NCBI GenBank assembly: GCA_964234715.1
Contig: OZ174280.1
Strand: one strand, 5' to 3'
Source: Podarcis melisellensis
Taxonomy: Eukaryota
DNA: 64,000 nt
A program made the translations under genes and the position numbers. Positions 23,320 to 34,009 of the stretch are shown here, piece by piece (positions within the stretch are counted from its first letter, which is position 1; each line of letters begins with the position of its first letter). Under the pieces are notes generated by a model, which saw nothing but the letters and a program-made list of their open reading frames with translations, was not told the origin of the DNA and did no database searches.

Positions 23320-24480
23320 CACCCGCTAAAACCAAAGGGCTCGACTCCTCCTATCACATGCACGAAGGAATATGCACACTAGGGAGTGTTCTACGCACGG
23401 TCATACTCACAACGGCGTTATTAGAGAGACAGGCCACGAATAACATCCCTACCTTCGTCTCTTTGTTGATTTCTTTCCGCGCGTCCAACTCAGAACCTCC
23501 TTCTGACAAGCGTGGAGCCAATCAAACCGAAGCACAACTTCACCCCGGCAAGCGGAAGGCTCGCAAGGAAAGGGGCTGACAGCATCAAGCCAATCGGCGT
23601 CAAAGACGGAACAAAAACTGAGTCACAACGACCAACTTCCTGGTTTCTTTTGGCGCCATTTTCGTCCAGGGTTGAAGTGAAATGTATCCATAGGGGCAAT
23701 GCAGCAAAGCTAGGATTTTAGCGTTAACTGGGATTGGGCAGTAAAAACCCGCCCGTGCTGTTCCTAACATTTCGTGTAGAAAATGTGTAGTTTCAACCAT
23801 TCACAACATCCCTGCAGTGTAGCGCACCGCGGATGTTGCAAGTTAGAAGTGGGGCTGTGGTCAAAAGCGAGTGAGTGAGAATGAATACAGTAGGGAACAA
23901 GAAGGGGGTAGTTTACAGCACATTGCAACTATGTCTACTCAGAAGTAAGTCCTGCATAATTCAATGAGCCTCATTCAGATACGTAGGGTTATGATTCCAG
24001 CCCTTAGTATTGCTATCCTTCTGCCTTCCGGACGCCACATGCAAATCGTGGGCAGAGAGCAATGAATGCGAATTTTACTTTGGTGCAGTAGGGTAGTTTT
24101 TACACACTCAGACATCCCACCCTATCCAAGCGCAAAAAGCATTTTCAGAGTACATCTTCGCAATGCAAAGCTGGGCTGGTGAACAGCTGAGTGAGCTAAG
24201 GAGATTATCGGCCAGGGGAGAATGAGTGGGTTTGGATCCGGCGAAAGGCACTTGCAAAGACAGCTAGGCCTACGCGCCACCCTTAGAGGAAGGACCCCAG
24301 AGAGCAGGACGCGCCGGAAGCTGGCGAGTTGAACGACAAGGGAGATGGCGGTTGTCTAAGTAACTCGCAGGTGTCACTTCTCGAAGGTAAGAGAAGGTCT
24401 TTCGAAAGCACCTTCCGGGAGGAGGTATTGTGCTCAGCGGTTTCTTGCGCAGACGATGTGCATTTTCCTAAACGAATTCG
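23320..24480. promoter_or_regulatory. MUTYH/TOE1 divergent promoter region with non-coding first exons
   Basis: Two CpG clusters (about 23380-23700 and 24200-24480), CCAAT boxes (about 23518 and 23591), YY1-type ggcgccatttt (about 23652) and agatggcgg (about 24343), and ETS ccggaag. Minus-strand donors at 23452 and 23322, and a plus-strand donor GAAG|GTAAGA at 24387. Confidence 0.7.
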
Positions 24481-24835
24481 TGGCTAGGGACCAGGAAATG
24501 GTGGTGGAGCGGAGCTTTAAACTTGATCTCACCTATAACGTGCACGTTATGGATCATGTACTGATGAGTTTTTACTGTTCCGGTTCTAGTTCTGGTTTGA
24601 GCTTTAACGAGATGAAGCATTTACTATACCTGGGCCTCTTGGGTTTTTTGCCATATAAAGCAGCGGTTCCTGTTCTCTCTTTTTTTCCTGAGTTGTTGTT
24701 ATTTGATATATGCAGGGAGCAATCTGTGGTTTGGGATTTTTTAAATTAGTCATTGGTATCCCCAAAGCAAAATTAACCATTGGATTCTAAAAGTTATGCG
24801 TGTCTAATCTTTTGTGTCCCAACAGCTGCATAAGG

Positions 24836-24946
24836 ATGACTTCCTTGAAAGTGCCAGTCATCGACGTCCAGAATGATAATTTCAAGGAGCTCTGGCCATC
24901 CATGCTCTTGGCCATCAAAACATCTAGCTTTATAGCTATTGACACG
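24836..24946 (+). CDS. TOE1: TOE1 first coding exon [22 protein letters not shown]...IAIDT
   Basis: Acceptor at 24824-24825, ATG at 24836, donor ACG|gtgggt. Confidence 0.92.
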
Positions 24947-27900
24947 GTGGGTAGAGTTGCCCTTCTTTGTGATTTCTCAAAAAGGGTAGGGGCGGGGACT
25001 GTAACTTTGATGGTAATTGGGTGCTGTCTTTGCTAGGGAAAGCTGACACCATTTTCTTTAATTTTTCCATTGGTCTATCTACCTATTCTTTATACTGCTT
25101 TCCAGGGTTTCAGACAGGAGTTTTCCAGCTCTCCATGGGAGACATCAGGGATTAAACCTTGAACCTTGTACATGTAAAACTGCAACACTGAGCTACAACT
25201 TATTTTACATAACTTATTCTACCATGGAGTAGAAATCTAATTGTTATCTTTGTCCATAGGAGCTTAGTGGGCTTGGAACAAGGAAGAGTTTGTTGAATCA
25301 GTAAGTAATGTGCTGCTTCTGTGTGAGTCCTTTCTGAAGCATGATGTTCTCATTCTTGTTGTTCTGAATTATTAGGTCCTTGAATATGGACAGTATTGTG
25401 GAGCGTCTGCCGACGCTTTCAGGAGTCTTTGTTTTCCCCAACTTAGTACCAGACACTAGTTGAATGGACCTATTGGGATTCACAGTGGAAGCAGTTCATT
25501 GACTCTGTGTGGGTGTGGATGGCTTAATGTGCTTGCCCATTTGGAGTAATCAGTTCTTTGAGGGCAGGAAATATGCAAGCTGTGGGGAACAGGCCCACAT
25601 GCTATTAATATGCTTCGAAATTTAGGCTGGTCTCGATCTTGAATGGGAAGGTGAAATTTGTCATGTCAATAGGGAAGCTATGGTTCAGTGGTCTAAATTT
25701 CCTACTAAGCTGCCTGAGGCTTCTCCCCACAGGTGTATTGAAGAACGATACAAATCTGTTTGCAGTGCTGCCAGAACACGCTCCATTTTGTCTCTAGGAA
25801 TTGCTTGTTTCAAACATCTTCCTGATAAGGTATAGTGCTCATTGTCTGGCTTTCACCCTAATTCTACTTCTGAGTTAAGAATGTGTTGCTTATAAGAGGA
25901 TGGTGTATTGAAGGTTCAGTCTTCAATGCATAAAGTGATCAGTTTTGATTCTAGACACTAAAGGAAGTAGTTGTTGATTTCTAGGATGTTACTGTTTGCA
26001 CTTTTTCTGTGCTGCTCTCAATTTCTTTGAACTGGCCTGTATTTGCAGTCAGAGAACACCTACCTCTCCCAGATCTACAACCTGACCCTGCTCTGTATGG
26101 AGGATTATATCATTGAACCACAGTCAGTTCAGTTCCTGGTGCAACATGGCTTTGACTTCAACAAGCAGTATTCTCAGGGCATTCCTTATCACAGAGGCAA
26201 TGACAAGGTATGGGGACTCTTTACTGTAAGATATAAGTGAGGTGAGACCACAATGAGAAAGTAACTGGTTTCTTTCTTAATACCTGCTTGGCTTCATTTG
26301 CATTTCACACTTCTTTTGCTAATCAGAATTATCCACATGTATTTTTAAAAAACCTTTATTAACATCAATTAACAACCCACAGTACATTTCACACTTCAGT
26401 GTCATGGGGCTGAATTGATGCTTCACCAACAAGGCCACCACCTAGTCAAAGTAGTTCTGTGGAGCTTCTGTGGAAGAGTCAGTCTGCTAGCAGCCACAGA
26501 AAGGAAGCACCTGGGATTTGCCTGTTGCTAAAACAAGCCTCGGAGCCAGGCAGAGCTGGTTTCACCATTGAGCTAGAGGAGAAGTGCCCTCACAGAAATA
26601 AGCCTGGGAACACATACCAGGGCCTGAGCTGAAGGGGTGGGAAATGTCCTGCACTTTCATCTGACAGTTCTGGTAGATGAATAAAGCACCATCTCTGCCT
26701 AGAGTACGGGAAAGAGTGGTGGTGGGCATCCTGCCTTTTCCAGGCTGTACCTCAGCGAAAACTAGGTGTGGTTGTTCTGCACTAGAACCTGGGTCATGAA
26801 TCCATAAGCAGTGGCAGAATTTGGCCTGTAGACTTGTACCATCAAAACAGGTGAAGGGAACTCCAGGGGATCAATGCCACCCTCTTTTGCATTTACCTCT
26901 GCTGCCTTTGCCTGCAGTGACTGCCCAACGCTGCTGAGGCTCATCTTTATCCAGGCTGTTCCCATATCAGAGAAACTAGTGTAGGCTTTGGAAATGAGGC
27001 CAGCTAACCTTATCCCCTCTTTGCTCTCACAGGGAAATGAAAACCACAGCCAGACCGTCCGTACTTTTTTCCTGGAACTGATCCGAGCCAAGAAGCCCCT
27101 CATTCTGCACAATGGCCTGATAGATTTGGTTTTCCTGTACCAGTGCTTTTATGCTCACCTTCCTGACAATTTGGGCACCTTCACTGCTGATCTTTCAGAG
27201 ATGTTCCCAGCTGGAATCTATGACACCAAGTATGCTTCCGAGTTTGAGGCACGTTTTGTGGCTTCTTACCTGGAGTATGCCTACAAGAAATGGTAGGTAT
27301 CTCGTCAGGTCAAGCTGTAAGCACCCTGACAAGAATTCTTGGGCTGAGATCCATTGTAGCACAGGTGGACATTTGCCTGATCACATAATAAGGCTTTTCC
27401 TTCCTCCCCTCCCCCCTTCACCTCCCCCATGTACTCCCCAAATCTACTTTGAGGGACCAGGTTTTTGAAGCACATGGGTGTGGGAGGTAGAATAGAAATT
27501 GGAAGTTCCATTGCACAGGCTGATTTCTGTTGGGTAAGCAGGCATACATCATTGAATGCTGCTCCTGGGCTTTAAGTAACGAGAACCCAACTGCTGGGTC
27601 CAAGGCTGCTGCTCTTCTATTTTTACTGGAACAGGGTCTGCTTTGGGTATGAATGAGTAGGGTGGAGGACAAGAAGTATGAATACCATATTCAGTTAGTG
27701 ACTTTGTTACTTTCCATATAGGTTATTCTATTTAGGTGCATTTGGGGCAAATACTGTGATTCAGTTAAATCTTAATTGTGATTCAATTAAACCCCAGGCT
27801 CCACTACAAACTTATAACTCTACATGCATGTACTTGCCTGCTATTTGTCTTTAGTTGTTCTCTTGCTACAGCTTTCAGCAGAAATTCTTTATGAGTTTAA

Positions 27901-27944
<44 letters not shown>

Positions 27945-30623
27945 ATTTGTATTCTGCTCTATACCTGTAGATCTTAGGGTGGTTCACAACATAAAATTAC
28001 AATATAAAAGACACAAAATACATGATAGAAATATGAACAAAAACAAACCAATAATCGCCCCTTCCACAACCCATTTTAAAAGGCATTGGATGTCAATTGG
28101 CCAAAGGCCTGGTTGAAGAGGAACGTTTTCACCTGGTGCCTAAAGATGTATAATGAAAATGAGTTGCATTTCTTTGTACTGCTTAGGAGACTGAAATCTT
28201 CTATTTGATACTAGAGCCTGGATTCTGAGGACTGGATTTACTTAATTCCAGTCCACAAAATTTTGACTGGCCTTGGCAGTTAGCCATAATTTATGGTCTC
28301 CACAAACGCTACTCTGTTGGCACATGCAGAGGACCCAAGAGATGAAGGGTCAGTCACATTCCATGCTGTGCCTTTAAAACACTAAAATACAGCAAGGATT
28401 CTCACTCAATTTTTCAGTATCTTCAAAATGTGGCATGAAGCAAAAGTTCTTTGAAAAAGAGACTGCAACAGTCTCATCTGCCTAATGCGGTAGAAGAGGG
28501 CTCCTGTCTTAAGTTCTCTGTTGCAGCAGAATGAAGGGCTAGGGTTTTTCATGTGCTTGGCTACTAACAGAAGAAACTAGTAGAAATGTGTGGAACTGAC
28601 TAAACAACGCCTCAGGTTTTCTCTTCCCTTTTCTCCGTTTCCCCACTCCCTTATTCTAATAATCAAATGAGAGCTTTGCCTTCTGCTTAGAGAAAAGTAC
28701 TAGTTTGGGAAGATGCTCATACCCTGTTATGGTGTTCCAGGTATCTGGCAGTCAGGGGAACAAGCAGTTGTGCTGATAGCATTTTCATGTGTCTGTGCTT
28801 CTCTTCTAAAAAGCAATGCTATGTATCTTTTATATTCTTATTTCCGCTTTAGCTCATTTTTCTACATGCAGGGGGCTTTCCTATGAGTACATAGGGGAGT
28901 CTGTCCTGAAGGGCAGTTGATCGCCTTGCTCTGACACAGCCTCTGTTCCAGGTTCTAATGCTACTCTTGCCTTCCAGCAAGCGAGAAAACTACAGGTTGA
29001 AGAATTCAGAAAAGCAGCACCTCAGCATAGAGTTCTGCAACTACCCAGACAGCATAGCTTCCTACATCGATTATCGCTTCTGTTCCCTATCAGATGCCAG
29101 CCAATCTGGGCTTGACCCTGCAAACAAAGTCACCATCTGTCAGACGTTTTCTGTAAGTATTACTTCTGTCTACCTTCTATCTTGAAAGTTTGTCAAATAG
29201 TAAATTGTAAATAGTTCATTCAGTGTGGTGGATATTTCAGATAGGGACTATGAGGACAAGCTGTCTAGAATGATAGACAGGCTCTTGGGCTGGATGTGTG
29301 TGTGGCAGTGGGAGGCAAATGCTTATGCTGGTATTATGGTCAATTTTAAAGCATGGTACCTTTCTGCAGCTTTCTGATAAAAATGGAGAGATGCTACCTT
29401 TTAATAATGATGGTATCTTGGAGCTTACTAGGGAACACAAGAGACCTGCTGGGTCAGGCTAAAGGTCCATTTAGTCCAGTATATTTTCTCAACAGTGGCC
29501 CAGCCCAGAAGCCTGCAAGTAATACATGAGGTTTGGATGATCCAGAATAGTCTTTTAAATATTGCTATTTTCCGGTTAATTAGCATGGCACAATCTCACA
29601 AATGTGATAAATATCTAGAAGTTAATGTTGAAAGTTGCTCTAGGGCAGCGTTTCTCAAATTTGGGTCCCCAGCTGTTGGACTACAACTCCCATCATCCCT
29701 GACCACTGGTTCTGCTAGCTAGGGATGATGGGAGCTGTAGTCCAACAACAGCTGGAGACCAAAGTTTGAGAATCACTGCTGCAGGGTATCTAAGATCCAG
29801 TGATATTTTCTCAACTGTGCTAATGATTCTCACTCTCCCCCTGCAGGCCTATGGCTGGTGCCCAGATGGATTGAAGTGTTCACAGTCTCACAACATTGAC
29901 TTAATAATTAATGAAGATGAGAACCACAAAGAGGACAAGCGGAAGAAAAGGAAGCAGAAGTGGAAGCATCGGAAAAATTTTGTAGAGCCCTCAAAGGAAC
30001 CTGTGTTGAGAAGCCCTGAGAAGGAAGGAGAGACGACTTGCAATATGGAAGATGGTCCCCCATCCAAGCAGTCCTGTTTAAGCAACATGGTTGATCCTAC
30101 TGTAGATTCTGCAGGCACAGAAACTGTATCCAGTAATGAGGAGAGTTCTATGGATGTGGAACGAGAACTAGGCTCTGACACGGCAACTGATACCAAGATG
30201 GATGAGGAACAAGCCAGTGCCACAGACAATGAGGGCACCACTTTATCACCATCCAAAGATGGGCCACAACAAAGGGCAGCAGGGACTGAAGGATCAGGAC
30301 CAGAAGTCCAGATAGAGTGTGCTTCTGTAGTGACGGCTTTGTCTGGCACCCAGAACCCAGTGGCGCCAGTGCCTGGCTGCTCAGAGGGTGGTATTCACCG
30401 GGCTGGCTTTGATGCCTTCATGACAGGTTACATTATTGCCTACGTCCATATGCTCAAAAATGATGAACACAAAGACTCGAGTGAAGGGCCTTGGTTGCCG
30501 GACTGCCATAACAAAGTGTACCTCAGTGGGAAGTCTGTCCCCCTTCAGATAGTGAAAAGTTTGTTTTCTAAATCCTCCAAAGCTCACAGCCAGAAGATGA
30601 AATTGGCTTGGGCTAGTAAGTAG
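24836..30623 (+). CDS. TOE1: Target of EGR1 protein 1 (CAF1-family DEDD deadenylase, snRNA 3' trimming), 7 coding exons, 539 aa
   Basis: Exons 24836-24946, 25260-25300, 25733-25829, 26049-26207, 27033-27292, 28978-29152, 29847-30623. All are GT-AG, 1620 nt in total. Motifs: [24 protein letters not shown], a C3H1 finger [20 protein letters not shown], and a basic NLS. Confidence 0.97.
25065..25200 (-). mobile_element. Degenerate tRNA-derived SINE (Squam3-like)
   Basis: cattggtctatcta...tccagggtttcagacagg...ggggattaaacct...cactgagctac, shared with copies at 41710, 49480, 53966 and 56015. Confidence 0.6.
25260..25300 (+). CDS. TOE1: TOE1 exon [13 protein letters not shown]
   Basis: 41 nt, GT-AG. 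Confidence 0.95.
25733..25829 (+). CDS. TOE1: TOE1 exon CIEERYK...[11 protein letters not shown]
   Basis: 97 nt, GT-AG. Confidence 0.95.
26049..26207 (+). CDS. TOE1: TOE1 exon SENTYLSQ...HGFDFNKQY...GNDK
   Basis: 159 nt, GT-AG. Confidence 0.96.
27033..27292 (+). CDS. TOE1: TOE1 exon with HNGLIDL and YDTKY
   Basis: 260 nt, GT-AG. Confidence 0.97.
27901..28160 (-). mobile_element. L2-like LINE 3' end with (ATT)14 tail
   Basis: (ATT)14 at 27901-27942, followed by sequence homologous to 14280-14440. Confidence 0.7.
28978..29152 (+). CDS. TOE1: TOE1 exon KRENY...EFCNYP...ICQTFS
   Basis: 175 nt, GT-AG. Confidence 0.95.
29646..29778. mobile_element. Palindromic hAT-type MITE
   Basis: Arms cagcgtttctcaaa..cagctgttggactacaactcccatcatccct and agggatgatgggagctgtagtccaac..cagctg..tttgagaatcactg. 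TSD ctctaggg/ctgcaggg (6/8 match). Confidence 0.8.
29847..30623 (+). CDS. TOE1: TOE1 last exon (zinc finger end, NLS, acidic linker, [11 protein letters not shown])
   Basis: ccctgcag|GCCTATGGCTGG...AAGTAG. Confidence 0.96.
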   Translation, partial: AYGWCPDGLKCSQSHNIDLIINEDENHKEDKRKKRKQKWKHRKNFVEPSKEPVLRSPEKEGETTCNMEDGPPSKQSCLSNMVDPTVDSAGTETVSSNEESSMDVERELGSDTATDTKMDEEQASATDNEGTTLSPSKDGPQQRAAGTEGSGPEVQIECASVVTALSGTQNPVAPVPGCSEGGIHRAGFDAFMTGYIIAYVHMLKNDEHKDSSEGPWLPDCHNKVYLSGKSVPLQIVKSLFSKSSKAHSQKMKLAWASK

Positions 30624-31070
30624 AGCTAGGAACCCTCCTACTTTGGACTTTACATAAGAGCTGTTGAAAATAGCAACAGCTTCTACCCACAGTCATCAAA
30701 CAAAAGCAGCAGACTGTGACTTTATTTTTAAATATCTGCACAATTAAATTACTCTGTACAGTACTAGAATTTCCATTTTTGTTTGTTAAAGGTAGAGCCT
30801 TTATGTACACAGGACCAGGCAACTGTTTTAAACATGGGAGAGCTATAGGAGGAGCTCTAATTTATAGCATATTAATTTAATCCACTCATTCAAACCAACA
30901 GCATGAGAACCAGAAGCTTATTTTTGTAACGACCGTGGAGACCACTTCTCTTGCATACAAAGACCAAACAGCTTCCATACATAAGTAACAATATTTATAG
31001 TAGTATAAAACCTTGTATCTATGCAGTATTTGTGCAATTTAAATTTCAGATCGGAGCCTGTTGGGGATTA

Positions 31071-31272
31071 CAGTCAAACCTTGTGCCAAGTTTGCTTGAC
31101 GTTGCAGCTTTTCAGCTTATGAACGTGGCAAATCCAGAAGTGTTTACTTCTGGGTTCGCTACGCGCAGAAGTGATCTGCGCGCATGTGCAGTAGCAGCGC
31201 TCCACTTATGGACTTTTTGGGGTGTGAACAGCACCCCAAAACGGATCGTGTTCGTAAGTAGAGGAACCACTG
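31071..31272. mobile_element. Tigger/pogo-like MITE, degenerate
   Basis: TA-flanked cagtcaaacct...ttcgtaagtagaggaaccactg. Confidence 0.6.
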
Positions 31273-33993
31273 TATATTGGTAAGTATGCAGCAGCATACC
31301 AAACTAGATACAATATTGTGTAAATTCAATTAAAGTGCATATTCAAAAAGATGCAAATCACAGAGGGAGGAATGGGAGAAGGAACAACATTCAGACTCCA
31401 GGGTATGTGGCAGTGGGGGTGCTTTCATCCCACCCTGCTGCTTGTGCCCAGCATTTGCATATTTTAAAATGTGCATGGTAGTCATATAATTAAGATCATT
31501 GGTTTGATGATTGGTTCTTTGGGTGGGTTGGAAAAGTAGTTAACTAAAATTCTATGGGCCTCATCAGTGCCTAGTACAAGGCATGTGCAGAAAACCTAGT
31601 AAAAGACTCTGCTGCTTATAAGACATTCTTGAGGTTCAGCAGGTCTGTTTTGAACAAGGCACCAACAGTGCAACATGTCTCTTGCAGTAGACTAGCTGTT
31701 GCTCATATCACTTTATGAAATATTGCATTGTATCCAACCAAATAATTGTGTGCACTGAATGACTTCCACAAGTGCAACAGTGTTCCCTTTCTTCCCATTG
31801 CATGCCCCCCATGTGCTCTTGACTTTTCTGCAACCTGGCAGTGTGTGCAATGATTTGGTTAGATACGGCCTATTCTTTTCTGTAACAATAATGGTGAAAC
31901 TCTTGCCGCACGAGGTAGAAAACTGCAGCTACGTGTGAGACAGAGGATGGCACAAGAGCTTGAAGAGGCAAGAGAATTTCAGAAATAGGTTTCATGCTTT
32001 TCTTCTACCCATACCACTTGCCTGTCTGGTGGTACGTTTGCTGCAGAATAAATGAGTAAGAAGCTAGACGGGCTTCTGTGAACCTTAGTTGGCAAAGGGC
32101 AGAGGAAGGTATCTGCATCATACTCTGCATTCGTTGTTCTCAAACTAAATCAAACTGCTCAAGCCTTGGAGTGTACTTTAGGTAAAACCTACTGGAAACA
32201 ACAAAGGATCAAAAATCAGTTCACAAATGCTACCTTTAAAGTCACGTTTGTATAGGGGAAATGTGCCCAGCCAACTAATGCAGTTACAGCTGAGGTTTAA
32301 TCTCTTGCTGGCTGCCTTTACTTATAAAATGCTTTTAATCTTACTCAACTTTGTCACCACTAGTTTTAGCAGGGAAAGAAAACAGTCTGTTTTGTTAGTA
32401 TTCTTTCTCAGGCCAAATGATCCTTCCACCAATTAGTTGCAAAGACTGTGGCCTCCCCATGCTGTCGTAGTTTGGCCCTCTGACCAATCTGATCTCAGTA
32501 GAAGTATAGTATGCCCAAGTATCAGCTGCGCACGAACTTCCTTTTTGTGAACAAGCAGAAAGCCTTGGTTGATCATAGTGCCTGGTTATGCCCAAATGGC
32601 TTCCAAACAAGCCAAAATATGGAGTTAAAGGTTTTAAGTTTGCTTATATATCTTAGCTTGTTTGGCAGTTATTAACCATCTGTTCATAGGAAACCATGCT
32701 TAACTAGGATTCCCTGGCTTGTTTCACAGATCACACAAAGGGAGGAGCAAAGCTTCCATGTGTGGGTGCCTGACACTCCTGCATATTGCAGCTTAGAATT
32801 TATTGTCATAGCACAATTACCAAGCAAACTTGGTATACAACTAAATCAGTACAGGTGTGGGAAACCTGTCGCTCTCCAGATGTTACTGAACTACAACTCC
32901 CATTAGCCCCCACAAGTGTGGCCAGTGATGATAGTTCATCAACATCTGCAGTACAGATCAGCCATAAGTTCTAAATCTATCCAGTATTTCTTACTCTTCC
33001 CCCCCACCCAAATACATTTATACATTAAGCTTCTCTATCTTTTCCTTCCACTTGAATTTATTTTGCTTTTGCTTTTCTGACTTTTGTTTTCTGCTCCTAA
33101 CACTAATGGTACGTTTTAATTCACTGGTTGCCACTTATTGCTAATATTCCTAATTGATGGTGATCTGTGGGTTTCAGCTACAAAGGAGTTGTACGGGGAA
33201 AAGAGCAGAACATATTAATCTACCACTTTTGCCTGAACTGGTGCCATAACGCCCACTGCTAACACTGGTGTACTACAGCCTTTTGGGCTAGCCCTGCATG
33301 TGTTACAAGAGGTTGTTATAGCTGCTAGTCCTCAGAGGTCCTGTTCACATAAGTAGCAGAGCCAAGCATCCTAAGTTCATTCAGGACAACTATAAAAGTA
33401 TTTAATATAACTTGATTTGTTGACATAAGATGTTGTGATGACTACTGGGTTAAATGACTGAAAAAAATATTATACCAAATACATGAAATAGGCCAGAAGC
33501 AGTATGCGTCTGAATACCTGTTGTGTTGGGGAGGATACTGTTTATGCATTGCTTCTTGACTTTATGGAAATGTGACTTGACCACTGGGGGAAACAGAATG
33601 ATGACACTTTAGTTCAAAGCACAGCTTTGATGAAAGATCAGGACGAAAGTGGGGGGTGTATTTTCTAAGCCGCAAACTGTTGGGTAGTTGGAAATAGAAA
33701 CAGCTTCTTGGGGGAAATCTGAATTCCACGCAACAAATAAATAGTAACTGTCTTTGTAGCATGAAACACTATAAAAGGAACCTCTGTGAAATCAGACATT
33801 TACCAAAGAAGCAGACTATCTCATCCCTTAAAAGTTGCACAAGAAATGCAACTGTTTCACTGGATTTCATACTGCTCAAGCATTATTCTCGCCCTTATGC
33901 TAGCGCAGCAGCTCTTGCTCTGGCGGTCAGAGGATGCTGAATCCAGGCTACAGCTTTCTTCCTTAGCTCTGTCTTTTCAACCACAAAAGTAGA

Positions 33994-34009
33994 TTTATTT
34001 GTTTTTATT
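33994..34009 (-). terminator. Probable TESK2 polyadenylation signals (3'UTR about 3 kb)
   Basis: Two minus-strand AATAAA motifs (33994-33999 and 34004-34009) at the end of an AT-rich tract with no recognisable transposons. Confidence 0.45.
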
